Assembly (NCBI GenBank): GCA_012295275.1
Contig: CM022678.1
Location: 9,610,001 to 9,674,000, forward strand
DNA length: 64,000 bases
Reading direction: 5' to 3'
Source of the DNA: Chrysomallon squamiferum
Taxonomy: Eukaryota; Animalia; Mollusca
Part shown: positions 14,038 to 26,795 of the stretch, one piece after another
Numbering within the stretch: position 1 is the stretch's first letter
Layout of the letters: the number at the start of each line of letters is the position of its first letter
Made by a program: the position numbers and the translations under genes
The notes under the pieces: model-generated
The model's input: only the letters and a program-made list of their open reading frames with translations
Told to the model about the DNA's origin: nothing
Databases searched by the model: none

Positions 14038-14260
14038 ATGCCTACCTTCATGTCATTAACATTATTAATAAGTGAATATTTCTTATCAGCGAATTCGAAA
14101 TGAACTGTTATCGTTCAATAGTAAACGAAGATTAAAATGTTTTTCTAGCACACGCGAAGTGACGTGCGTGGCGGAAATGAGTCTCGATTACGATATTAGT
14201 TTCAAGTCATCTCAAAAGGAAAAAGACTACCGTGTATCAAACATTTCGGAGGCGAAGACA
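13960..14260. promoter_or_regulatory. CpG-enriched candidate bidirectional promoter
   Basis: CpG cluster with CCAAT near 13993, TTCGAA 14094-14099, TGACGTG near 14160 and GGCGGAAAT 14170-14178. A minus-strand donor (aag|gtaggc) lies near 14046, and plus-strand exons follow at about 14635-14760 and 15942-16122. Confidence 0.45.
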
Positions 14261-14906
14261 AAATAAAAACCTTTTTCTTTTTATGCTCTTTAATACTGTT
14301 AAATCTCGTTAAAACATTAATCTCTTATTTCTTCAGGCATATCTAATTATCACTGTAAGACTGTATTTTAAGTAACAGAAAACTATATTAATTTCTCCTG
14401 TATTTCTAACATATTTTTTTTTAAAAAAGTCTGCTACCATTACAGCCGTTTATACGAAAAAACTAATATTCAGATAAAGAATTTTTTTTTAATTATAAAT
14501 ACATTAGTCTACTTTATCACATTCTGACAAAATTTTCAGCCGATAACTTGATTATAACCTGCTGAATAATTTAGTGTTCTATATTTTCATTAATTATTAA
14601 CACCTTTATTTTTGTTTATTTATTTTTTAACTAGGTTTTAAATTTATCTGGAAACTGTTTCGCACCCCAGGCTTTCCGAGCTGTGTGTTTGGCAATGTGT
14701 TCTAACACAACAGTGATTTTCCTTAGCCTCACCACCAACAAAACAGACACTGAGAGTGCTGTGAGTAATCTTAATTATAACTGTTTTATGATAATAATAA
14801 TAATAGTAATAATAGCAATAATAATAATAATAAAACCCAATAACAAATTATTTTTATATTTATATATATATGTATAATTGTGAAAAACAAATTCTTGTTT
14901 TCTCTT

Positions 14907-14937
<31 letters not shown>

Positions 14938-15179
14938 TTGTCATTATTATTTTTATTGTTATTATTAATATTATTATTGTCATTTTTATTGTTATTATTA
15001 ATTGTCCAGTATTATCAGTTAGGTAATAAATATTGCTACTTCTGCTATTACCACTGTTACTACTGTTATTCTACTACTGAAAAATTAGTTACTAACAGTG
15101 ACTTTCAACACACTAAATCTATTACCAATAATTATATATCTATTTACCACTATATCTGTTACTGCTATTTCTACACATT

Positions 15180-15198
15180 ATTTGTTCTACTATTACTG

Positions 15199-15236
<38 letters not shown>

Positions 15237-15660
15237 GTGGTGTCTGCAGTTATTTATTACCTCCTCTTATTGTATTTACTACTACTAATACTAGAACTAT
15301 TACCACTAGTGCTATTACTAGTACTATTACTACAACTATTATCTCTATTACTATTACTAGTACTGTTACTACTAATACAACTATTACCACTATTACTATT
15401 CCTAGTGTTGTTACCAGTAATACCACAGCTATGAATTCTGCTGCTGCTGCTTCTACTACTACTACAACAACAGCAACTTCTACTACTGCTGCCAATGCTA
15501 CTACTACTATTACTAATACTAAAACTACTACAACTACTGCTGTGTCAACTACTATAACCAACAGTACCATTGTTACTACTAGTTCTGTTGCTAGTATTAC
15601 TACAACTTGTACAACTACAACTACTACTACTGCTGTTGTTACTATTCTACTGTCAAAACA
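15180..15660. repeat. Cryptic (TAC/TAT/ACA)n trinucleotide low-complexity tract
   Basis: Degenerate tactactac repeats that explain the poly-T/L/V/Y ORFs. Confidence 0.9.
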
Positions 15661-16194
15661 TTATGATGTCTTCTACTAACTACATTTTTCATTATATATA
15701 TTTATTTTTAATTTATTAACTTTTTTAATTTATTTATTTATTTATAGTGGTTTAATTTGATATCTACTGATATGAAACTTCTATCATATTATATTTATTT
15801 ATTTATTTATTTATTTTCAGAGCTAAGGCTCCACTGATATGAAACTCCTAAATATTTTTTGAACTTTTTCTGTTTTGTTTTTCTGCTGATAGTTAAGATA
15901 TAGTTGCCAAGTTTCTTAATACTGTTTTTCATTTATTTCAGTTATTCCAGAATCCAAATCAGACACAAGTTCTGTACAGGAATTAAGTCTGAACTGCAGT
16001 TGTTTAACCAACCAGCTGTTTGAGTTTCCATGGAAAACTCCTTTCTTTGACAGATGTGGACATTGGAAATAATCTTGATCTTTGTGTATCTGTCACTGAC
16101 GATTTAGTTAAACTTACTTCAGGTAATTGTCTTTTTTAAAGTAAACACTTTTTCTTGAATTTTATAAATTTTAAATGACTATTCTCTTTTTAGC

Positions 16195-16316
<122 letters not shown>

Positions 16317-17169
16317 GCATATTCTATCTGTAAATATCTCTTTGTTTTTATTTTCTGATTTCTTTCTTTATCCATCTTTATCACCCTCATTCTACTTAAC
16401 ACTCTCTTCAATCTGTATTTTCTTTTTCAATCTCTGTGTGTATTTTCTTTTTCAATCTCTGTGTGCGTGTGGTTTTTTGTGAAAATTAACTGAGTTGATT
16501 AACTTAATAACTGAGATAATTAGTTGTTATAACTGAAACAACTGAATTGATGATCTTAGTTAACTAAATAACAGGATTTGCTCTATGTCACTGAATTGAA
16601 ATTGCTTAACAAACTGTAACCACAATCACATCACACTTTTTATTTTTCAACTCCATGGTGTTGTTATAAAAGTGTGTCACTTGGAGATTAAGCAGAGAAG
16701 GAAAAGGTCAGGAGGGGAAACCAAAGTTTTTGAAAAACGTTGTCTTTACAGATAAGTATGGTAAGCACTGGTCTATTTTTCTTTTGATAGGGTGTAATGT
16801 GCAATTAAACTGTGTCAGTAACATTTATTATACCCAAAATTTAATGTTTTACTGTGTCCTCCATGCAGAATCTTATTTTGTTCCACATATGACCTTTCTC
16901 GTATCATTAATCTAAATTACTTAAACCTATGTTTTAGGATTGTATAATGTATTATTATCAAGTCACCTGTATGTCATAATTAAATAATTAACTTGTACCT
17001 TAACCTGTGTTCTGTTTATTTGTCTAGTGGGACAGACATATTGATTTATATAGATTGCTGTCAATTTAGTGTTTATCTTCCTTGTTAGGTGGCCATTAAA
17101 GCACCTTGTTACCCTAGACTGAGTCTTAATAAAACATACAAGATGTTTAAACATATGGGCCCCAGGACA

Positions 17170-17348
17170 CCTTATTAACTGAGTTAATTAACTTTTACAG
17201 CTGAAACAATTAATTTATTATCTTAGTCAGTTAACTAAATAACATGATTAACCTTATTAACTGAGTTAATTAACTTTTACAACTGAAACAATTAATTTGT
17301 TATCTTAGTCAGTTAACTAAATAACATGATTAACCTTATTAACTGAGA
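17170..17348. repeat. 82-bp tandem duplication (about 2.2 copies) within aactgag-rich degenerate repeats
   Basis: ccttattaactgag occurs at 17170, 17252 and 17334, and the units are nearly identical. Confidence 0.9.
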
Positions 17349-17584
17349 TATTTATATTCCCATTAAATTATTAACTAAGATAATTATAAATCTAACTGGT
17401 TATTTGTTAACATAGGATTTAACTCAACAGCAGTCATAATTGAAATATTAACTGAAAACATAGATAGTTAATTAACAAGTTAATTCAGTGTTGAATGTGA
17501 GACTGCTCAGTGAGTGAAATGAGTGATTCACTGAGAAGTCTGAAATATTAAATATTAAGCCTGGGATTGTGGTATGATGCCGAT

Positions 17585-17710
17585 AAGAGAGAGTAGAAAC
17601 CATCTGACACATGGTCTGTTTTTACTGATCAGCAGGAAGGGCTATTTTATGTGAACCTTCTCATAAACATTTTTTCAACTCCATGCTGTGGAGCTCTGGG
17701 GTTTGGAAAA
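17585..17710 (-). mobile_element. Possible degenerate SINE central-domain fragment
   Basis: gagagagtagaaaccatctgacacatggtctgtttttactgatcagcaggaagggctattttatgtgaacc resembles, from memory, a widespread invertebrate SINE core (...gaaacccgctgccgccacatgggctactctttccgattagcagcaagggatcttttatatgcacc...). Not verified. Confidence 0.35.
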
Positions 17711-17936
17711 TATGTTACCAGCTTTTACTTGAGGAATTAATTTTATTTTATTTTTATTATTATTGTTATTGTTATTGTTATTATTATTATTATTTTTATT
17801 ATTATTGTTATTGTTATTATTTTCATTTTACATAGTTTCAGATTTTTATTTTTATTTTCACATGAAAAAGAAGAAAACTGTAATAAACTTTATAGAGTTT
17901 TTTCAGAATGTATTTTTGAATTTTTATTTTCACAAG

Positions 17937-19380
17937 AGAGCAAAGGCGAAGAGGAAGACTGAGGCAATCAGAGCTAAGATGTCTGGTCATGAAGAAACTG
18001 AGGTGAGTTTCTTTTATCAGACTGATCTGATATTAAGCACGCACTTATTTTTCTTATATATATATTATAGATATTATATTCACATTTCTGTGTGCAGTAA
18101 CTTTTTTTATGTAATATGTTTATATTATATATTTGCCTAAACAATTGTCCTTCAGTCATATCACATTCAAATGATTCTTTTATGTACAAAATTATAAAAG
18201 TTTGTTAGCCAGTGGTTCTTAATCTGATACAAATGCATGATGCAGGATGGTAAAGACACACACACATCTATAAATAAATGTTTTTATTTCAGCCCCTGAC
18301 AGTTAAACCCGACCCCACCCAGCTTAGACTGATAAAAGAATCTGAACTGAAACAAGGAGGAATTGTTGGCTCCGGAGTATTTGGAACGGTATATAAGGTG
18401 AGAATAAAATTACACATCTTTATCTACCTCCAACCACAAGCTGATGGATGTTAAATGTTATAATGTTACTACTAAAAATACTACTACAACTTCATCTACT
18501 ATCACAACTACTACTTATATAATTACCTTTGGTATCATTACTGTTGCTACTACTGCTACTAGTATTATTTTATTACTATTATTATTACTATTATTATTAT
18601 TATTGTTACTAGTATTATTTTCGCTTTTATTATTTTATTATCATTACTATTATTACTGTCATTATTATTGTTATTATTATTAATCATTACTATTATATTA
18701 TTGTTGTTGTTGTTGTTAACCAGGGATACTGGATACCAGAAGGAGAAAAGGTCGAGATTCCAGTAGCTATTAAAGAGTTACAGGATGGGACTCCTAACCA
18801 GATCAAGGAGCTGTTGGAGGAGGTATGAGTGATGGTGTCAATGAAGCATCCTTGTTGTGTCAGAATCCTCGCAGTGTGTACAGATGATGTTGATCACTTA
18901 GCTGATGTCACTTGGCTGTGTTCTCGTGAGAAAAAACAAAGACCACATTGGATCTAAAGTCCTCCTCAACTGATGTACTCAGATAGCCAGGGTGAGTGTT
19001 GTCAAATATACACCCATATATACACATACACAGATACACAACAATCAAAACACACCAAACACACATCACACACACAATACTCGGATACACACAACACAAG
19101 TTTTGTTTTCACATTTTCTTGTTTGTTTTGTTTTTGTTTTTTGTTTGTTTGTCGTTGTTTATTTTTTGTTTTGTTTTTTAAATTGGTGTAGTTTTCTAGA
19201 TCCAATAGAAAGTAGTTGATTTTCTTCCCCTATTTAAATTTTTTTTTTTTTCCTTTTAAAGGTTAATTAGAATCTTTGTTAGTCAGCTTTAAAAAACAAT
19301 AAATAAATAAATAAGTAAATACATTTTCAAGATTTCAAAACTTATAACAATTTTATGCAATAATAATAAAATAATAATAA

Positions 19381-19421
<41 letters not shown>

Positions 19422-19546
19422 AAAACAACAATAATAATTATAACAGTAATAGTAATAACAGTAATAATAGTAGTAATGTGGTAGTAGTAGTAATAATAAT
19501 AAATGTAATAAAAGTACTAATAATAGTAATAATAACAGTAATAAGG

Positions 19547-19600
<54 letters not shown>

Positions 19601-20622
19601 TTACTGAAATTGTGAATAAAGTTTTGTTTTATTTTTTATCTTTGTACAGTACAACCCCCGAATCAGAAGCTCACAGACTTTGGATTAGCTAAACTTCTTC
19701 ATTACAGTAAGGAAGGGTTCTAAGCAGGTGGTGGAAAAGTGAGTGGAACAGTAGTAATTCACATTTCTTACTAATCAATTGGTTCAAATTCAGATTTTGA
19801 ATATTTAAGTTTAAATTCTGTTTTCTTATTAATAGGAACATTGAAGAACTGGAATTCTGAATAGTTGAAATTCAGTTTTCTCATTAATAGGGAACTCAAA
19901 AACTGAAACTTGGAATAGTCTTAATTCAGTTTTTTTTATTAATTGGGAACATTGATATGCTGAAATTTAGAAAAGATTAAATTTGAGATATTATGGTATA
20001 AACTGGAAAATGTATGAAATATTAGATTTTATTCTTTTTCACTGTTTGAGATGCCAATCAAGTGGTTAGCTCTTGACAGAATATTCACACACAAAACTGA
20101 GGTCTGGAGTTATGGTATAACCTTCTTTTTAATTTTTTTTAACTTTGTTTTTAAATTTTAATGCAGAAATGACATTTGAATATGATATACCTGTAAGATG
20201 CATCAATTTTATCATTCTGCTTGTAAAATGAAAAATATATATAACAAAGTGTACTTAGAAGAGCAAACAGTCTAAACACATTTCTCTTACTTGTTTGTAT
20301 GTGGGTGTGTGTGTGTCCAGGATTATTTGAGTCATTTTGAAATTAATATTTTTTAATACTAATTTTTAATAATGATAAAGTATGAAAATTAATATTACAG
20401 GTTCATTAACTTAATTTTTCTAGTCTTGCTTGGTGATAGTAAAAATATTTCACTGATACAGAATGTAAACAAATTTTAAACTGATGGAGGTAACTAAATT
20501 TTTAAAATAATTTTTTGTTGTCATAAACATTGTCCTGGCAAAGACACTGAAACAAAGGTTTTGATCCGAATATTATGCATAATTATACATATGTATAGAT
20601 GTTGGATCTATTTATGTATTTG

Positions 20623-20667
<45 letters not shown>

Positions 20668-21729
20668 TGTGTATTTGTGTGTTTGTGAGAATGTATGTAT
20701 TTGTGTGTAAGAGTGTGTGTGTGTGTCCAGTATTACATGGTTGAAATCACTCGGGATATTTTGGGATTATTAAAACAAATTTTCAGGTTGGATGCAGAAA
20801 GCCGTCCATCTTTCAAAGAGCTTGCAGAAGAGTTTGCTGAAAGGTCTCGAGATCCTGGTCGATTCCTGTCATTCCTGTAAGTGTTTTATTTAAACCACAT
20901 CCACCTTTCCTCCTCACTTAGTTCACTTGTTTTAAAAGTCTCTTCTCACACTTGAATGATCACTGTGAAATTAAGGTTAGGTTGATAACGAAGGTTTATT
21001 CTTACTTTTAGAAAAGTCAAAATTATTACATTTGTGTCTTGTTAGGCTTAATTTTATTTGCATTGAATTATTATTATTATTATTATTATTATTGTGTGTT
21101 TTATGCATTATTATAAAAATAATTTTAAAATTAATATTAGATAAAACTTCCTGCATGATAGAATAACATAGACACAAATGTTCTTGTTGTCATGGAGATC
21201 AAACTTGTATTAATTAATTTATTTTGTTATTTTATTAACCTTTCTTTTTTCTTTCTTTTCATCTTCTTATTTTATTTTATTTTTTTAATAATTTCCTGTA
21301 TTGTTCTTTTATTTTTGAATATTTCACTTTTAAATATTTGTCTTCTTTTTCAATTTTATCTTATTTGCTTCTATTCACTGACTACTTTTTTATATCTAGT
21401 CACTACTTTGTTCATTTACTACACAATTAAATCTGCTACAGCAGTCACAGTATTAGCAATCCACTTGTTATTAGTCCAAATTTGTTGTATCTGAAATGTT
21501 TGCAATATAGTACAACCTCTGTAAAACAGACAGTGTCAAAAAAAGACCTCTTCTTTGGTGACTGCATTATGCAGGTTTTTTTTTTATCCAGTATATTAAA
21601 AAAAAACGTGACTTTGAACCCTCTGCATGGAATTCTCCACATTTGAATGTATGCAACAACTGCTTGTTCAGATGCTTATAAAAAAAAGCACTGAGGTATT
21701 TATTAATTATTATTATGATTATGATGATG

Positions 21730-21821
<92 letters not shown>

Positions 21822-22104
21822 CATAGATAAACAACACATTGTTATGGTTTGTGGTCAGAAAACTTGACTAGTTCAAATGTTTATTTATATAAAAATAAAA
21901 CTGATATTCTAATAAGCACTGACAGTATCAAGGAAGCTGGTCTCTGAAATGTTGGATTAGTGGTTAGCCCATACTGATAAATGCTTAGAATATACTGATC
22001 AGTATTTAGAAGATGGATCGGTGATTACAAAAGAATGGATTAGTGATAATCACACATGGATTATTGGTTTCAGAAGGGGATTGACTGCTGGTTGGTTGCA
22101 GGAA

Positions 22105-22145
<41 letters not shown>

Positions 22146-23502
22146 CTCATACATTCATTTCATGGTGTCTACTGGTTATTCAGAAAGAAGGTAAGGTCTT
22201 ACATAAAAAAAATCCGATTTTGTATTTACACTCAAAATTTAAGAATTTTATATTTTACTGAAACAAAACCATGTTAAAATACTGACATATGAGAATTAGT
22301 AAGAAATGATGAAAAGGAGAAAAAAAAATTGGGTATATGTAGAGATAAAAATAAAATAAAAGTATAATATATATAAAAAAAAATGGTATATATATAGAGA
22401 TAAAAATGAAATAAAAGTCTAATATTAAAAGAAATGGGGTATATGTAGAGAGAAAATTTTGATGTTAAAGAAAAGGTAAACATTTTAATGTTAAATTTAA
22501 AGTCAAACATTTTGAAGACAAATATAAATAAAATATGAATAAAATAATATGAATAAATAATAGTTAATTTATAGTTGATAATAAATATAAAGTAAAGTTT
22601 GTAAGCTGAAAATATATTTGTTAAAGAGAATACAGAGGTAAATTTCAAAAAAGTAAATCTTCTGATGTAATGGAGAACCAGATAAAAAAATAGACAACAT
22701 TTGTTTGTCTTTGTATTATTTATTTATTATAATTATTATTACTATTTTTTTTTTTTTTTTTTTTCATTCTCTCCTTATTTCGGTTTTGTGGTTTGGTATT
22801 TATTTTAAACAAATATTTTTGATTACAAATTGATATGCAGAAAAAAAAAAAAAAAAAGGAATTTAGAAAGAGAAAATCAAAAAGTCAGTAGTTTAATTAT
22901 GTACATTTGTTTGTGTTTTCAGATGAAGTAGTTTGCCTGCGTCATGATTTTGATGAAGCTGAACTGAACTCCCCCTCACCTCCCCCACCCCTCAAACCAG
23001 AATCTCCACAGCAGTTACTGGTAGGTGGAGATGTTTATTTGCTGCCTGACCCCCCCATCTCTCAGTGTACCTAGAACTCACTGATGAAGGTAACATCGTG
23101 AATGAATGAGTAAATGAATGAATGGATGGATGGATGGCTGGATGGATGAACAGATGAATTAGTGATTGGTTGAAAATGAACCTCCCATTTACTGACAAAA
23201 AAGTAAAAGTGAATGTAAGAAGAAATGACTGAATGAATGGATAAGTGAATAAATGAAAGAATTAAAGTTTAATAACCACTGTAATATCTGTTGACTCTAT
23301 ATTTTTGTTTCTTCTTTAGTGGGTTTTTTTTCCAGTGGTTTATGAATGTGAAATGGCTTTCGAAGCAGACCCTGAACAGACAGATCCAGCAGATGGAGCC
23401 ACAGTTTGTTTTGAAAAAGACGAGGAAATCAGTGAAACAGAGGTGCAGGGAATATTCAAACCTCTAGTGACATCAGAGGAATACACAGAATCAATGCTGT
23501 AG
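17937..23502 (+). pseudogene. EGFR: EGFR/ErbB pseudogene fragment (juxtamembrane, partial kinase, possible tail)
   Basis: Exons: 17937-18002 (RAKAKRKTEAIRAKMSGHEETE); 18293-18397 (PLTVKPDPTQLRLIKESELKQGGIVGSGVFGTVYK); 18724-18991 ([19 protein letters not shown]...KDHIGSKVLLN*CTQIAR, with stops and frameshifts); 19650-19738 (KLTDFGLAKLL..F*AGGGK); 20051-20114 (MPIKWLALD..RIFTHKTEVWSY); 20787-20876 (LDAESRPSFKELAEEFAERSRDPGRFL). The tail exons at 22923-23089 and about 23336-23502 are tentative. Confidence 0.93.
19790..19990. repeat. Degenerate intronic tandem repeat, about 52-bp unit
   Basis: The pattern aattc(t/a)gtttt...attaat(a/t)gg(g)aac recurs about 3-4 times. Confidence 0.6.
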
Positions 23503-24463
23503 TAGTCTGTATGTTGATGTCATTAACCCTTTCTCCGATGATATCATTCAGCATTAATCTTCTTTTTTCTTTTTCTTTTCTCTCATTACTTTTCGCTCTT
23601 TTTTCTTTTCTGATGTATTTTTTTAAATATAGAAGAAGAAAATTATTTTTGAATCAACTGACTTGTAAGTAAAATCTGTTTTCCTGTTAACTAATCAGAA
23701 AATTTAAGTATTTGTAAGAATATTTCTATTCTAATGATAAAAAGTATATTTCTTTCAGATAAATGAGGTTTTGGACTGTTTTCCAAGCGATGAACTTGTG
23801 GTCTTGATTTTGCCGTGTTATTGAGACAGAGGAGATGTGAATGTAACAGAAAGAGAGACATCATCACAAGATGTAAATGCTGCTCCTGTAAGACGCTCAT
23901 CAAAACATTTTGATTTTTCTTTTTTCAGTCAGCTCGTTATAAATGATAACAGAAGACAATTATGATCACATTACTAAATAAAAAATAAAAAAAAATAAAA
24001 TGAGTAACATGTTCTTCTTGTAGTAATCCTACCCCTCTCTGCAGTTGTTCTGGAAAGTCACTCTCCTCATGCTCAAACTGTTACAGATTTCAAGTACTTT
24101 TGGCTCAGTTGCTGCTGCAGTGTAACAGGCAGTTTGTTACTGAGTAACATGTTCTTGTTCTTGTCGAGGGAGGTGAGAGAGAGACAGAGATATATCACAG
24201 ACTTTATTACATCAATTAAAATTATGATTAAATGTTTTTTTGTTGCTGTAGATGGGAAAATTTGGAGTTGGGAAGTGTGTAATCTATACAGGTCAGTGTG
24301 TAATGTTTTAAAGAAATGAGTGGGTAGGAAGTGTTAGCAAGATAGATTAACATGACTGCCTCCTATTGGGAGCTTGTGTTAGCACTGGGAACTGTATGGT
24401 CGTTTGACATTACCATATATGGCAACTGCTGCCTAGAATGTAAGGGACATTCTCAGAAAGCAT

Positions 24464-24635
24464 AACAGTTTTATTATTTTAGTGACAATAGTTTTATTAT
24501 TTTAGTGACAACAGTTTTATTATTTTAGTGACAACAGTTTTATTATTTTAGTGACAATAGTTTTATTATTTTAGTGACAACAGTTTTATTATTTTAGTGA
24601 TAATAGTTTTATTATTTTAGTGATAATAGTTTTAT
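24464..24635. repeat. 23-bp minisatellite, about 7 copies
   Basis: Unit agttttattattttagtgacaa(c/t). Confidence 0.95.
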
Positions 24636-25661
24636 TAAAGATAAATAAAGATAACATTTTAGAGGTTAATACATCTTTGTATTTTACTGACACAAGTGAC
24701 ATTTACCTGAGGCACGTGCAGTTTCTCATGCAAGAATGTACGCATTTTTCTCAACTTTTCACGAATAACACACGCACACATGTGCACACTCTTATTGAAT
24801 TTTTCACTTTACAAGTTACAAAACCATGTCGATGATTATTCAAAATTTGATTACAATATCATTCCTATTAAATGCTAGACAAATGCTTATGAAATAATTA
24901 AATGATATATTGAGAATTTAAGTACTCAGTTTTAGAAATATGATATTCAGAACTTAGTTTTGTAAACTGAAGTTGGCAGTTTTAATTGTAATTTCAAGTT
25001 TGGATTCTCAAAATGTAAACTGAATTTGGGATTTTTAAATTGTAAATTCAAGATGGGATTTTCAAACTGTACACTGATTTTTGGATTTTCCTCTAGTGTA
25101 TTAGGTAGGTACTGGTTTTGTGAGATATATGTTATTAAAAATGGTTGACATTAATTACAAACACATATGACATCTGATAAAATTTAAGTTTTATTTCAGA
25201 TATTATTTTTATTTAATTTTATTTAATTTAGTAATGTGATCATATTTGTTTTCTGTTATCATTTATAACGAGATGAATGAAAAAAGAAAAATCAAAATGT
25301 TTTAAATAACTTTTTGATCAATATCGATTTAAATGTTTTGATTTTACTATTTTAAAATATTTTATGCTACTGATGAATAACTGTATACTGCTTGCTAACA
25401 ACAGAATCACTGAGAATTTATTTATAAATAAAATCATACAAAGATTAGAAAGTATATTTATTGTTATAGCAAAAGTACAAATGTATTTAGTCTGATAATA
25501 TACAATAATCCCGTTTTAAATATTTTAGAATACTTATATATATATAATTTAAACATAACCCCAAAACTATATAAAGAGGTTTTATAAGAAAATTAAAGTC
25601 TTACAAATTATTTGTTACACTCTGTCTCTAACTATATAAAGACGTTTTATAAGAAAACTAA

Positions 25662-25757
25662 TTTTCTAATTGTTATATACACCTGCAATATCATCTTTTC
25701 TTTTTCTAATTGTTATATGCACCTGCAATATCACCTTTTCTTTTTCTGTTATATGCG
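25662..25757. repeat. 40-bp tandem duplication
   Basis: ttttctaattgttatat(a/g)cacctgcaatatca(t/c)cttttct, about 2.3 copies. Confidence 0.85.
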
Positions 25758-26605
25758 GCACCTTTATTCAATACAATATGTGGGGTAAGTAACAGAAAAC
25801 AACATTGCAACTTTTCTTAAACTAAATTTTGATAACCTTTACAGTCGAAAAATAAAATTTTCTTTTGATATATTTGATTAAAAACAGCATTAAGTTGATA
25901 TTTTTGTAAGATAAATAATTTTCAGCAGATAACATGAACCTTTCTGACTTTTCCTATTACTAATGGAAAAATATATCAATTAATTTTCTGAAAGTAAAAA
26001 TTTCTACTATAAAATAAGAATATAGTTACTAAGATATTCAGTTTTGCACCTGATAAAAAGAAATAGCGGAGAAGTCTGGGAAAAGGGAAACTTATTAATG
26101 TATTTTCACTCAGTCATTCTGTATTTTCTGTGGTATCGATAATATTTATTATTATTATTATATTCAGAGGTGATCTAATACAATGACATATTAATTTTAG
26201 AGTTAATAATTAATTTTAGAGTTATTAATTTGATAATGACGTTTAAAAATATCAGTGTTAAACAGCAGTACTGTTGTTATAAGATAAAGGTAATTTTCAC
26301 TCAGTGTCTCAGTTTATTCGTGTAAACTGCTGGTAGTAAATTAAAACGTAAACTCTGTCGAGCAGTCTCTAATTATCTTCAGAAAACTACGTTTATAGAA
26401 ACTAAATATGATATTTATGTCATTACTTCTCAAGTTATTAATATAAATTGCTGTTATTCCATTAAAGGAGCAGCTCAGTTCTAAAGTTGTACTATTCTGT
26501 TTGTTACAAAATATTTTTAAAGTTTTGGGGAAGACGTAACATTTATCCTAATAAAAATACCAATACTGTGTAATTTATATCATGTAATAGTGAATAACTA
26601 AAAAT

Positions 26606-26795
26606 TGTTATGTTTTAACATTAAAACATAAAGTTCATTTCAATTTCCAAACAATTTATTTCGTTTCAAAAATTGCTACGAACAAAACTGACGCACGCTT
26701 CCGGTGACTTCACATAATAATATCTCCCCTATTCTGGTTCCCTTAAACATCGTAAACTGTAACAATGTTAACTATAACACCGTTTAAATACAAAA
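26606..26795 (-). repeat. 3' LTR of the Gypsy element
   Basis: About 130 bp aligns with 28967-29098. It lies next to the PPT, and the minus strand carries AATAAA and ends ...ATAACA. The outer boundary is inferred. Confidence 0.75.

Noticed and set aside
15098-15679. 193-aa Thr-rich 'mucin-like' ORF and the many poly-L/I/Y/ER/SL/CV/TH ORFs
   Set aside because: These are translations of tri- and dinucleotide microsatellites, open in several frames and strands, with no splice or domain context.
17937-23502. Functional EGFR, LRMP or CAMSAP genes with sequencing errors
   Set aside because: The lesions include substitution stops, multi-codon deletions and missing exons, not only homopolymer indels.
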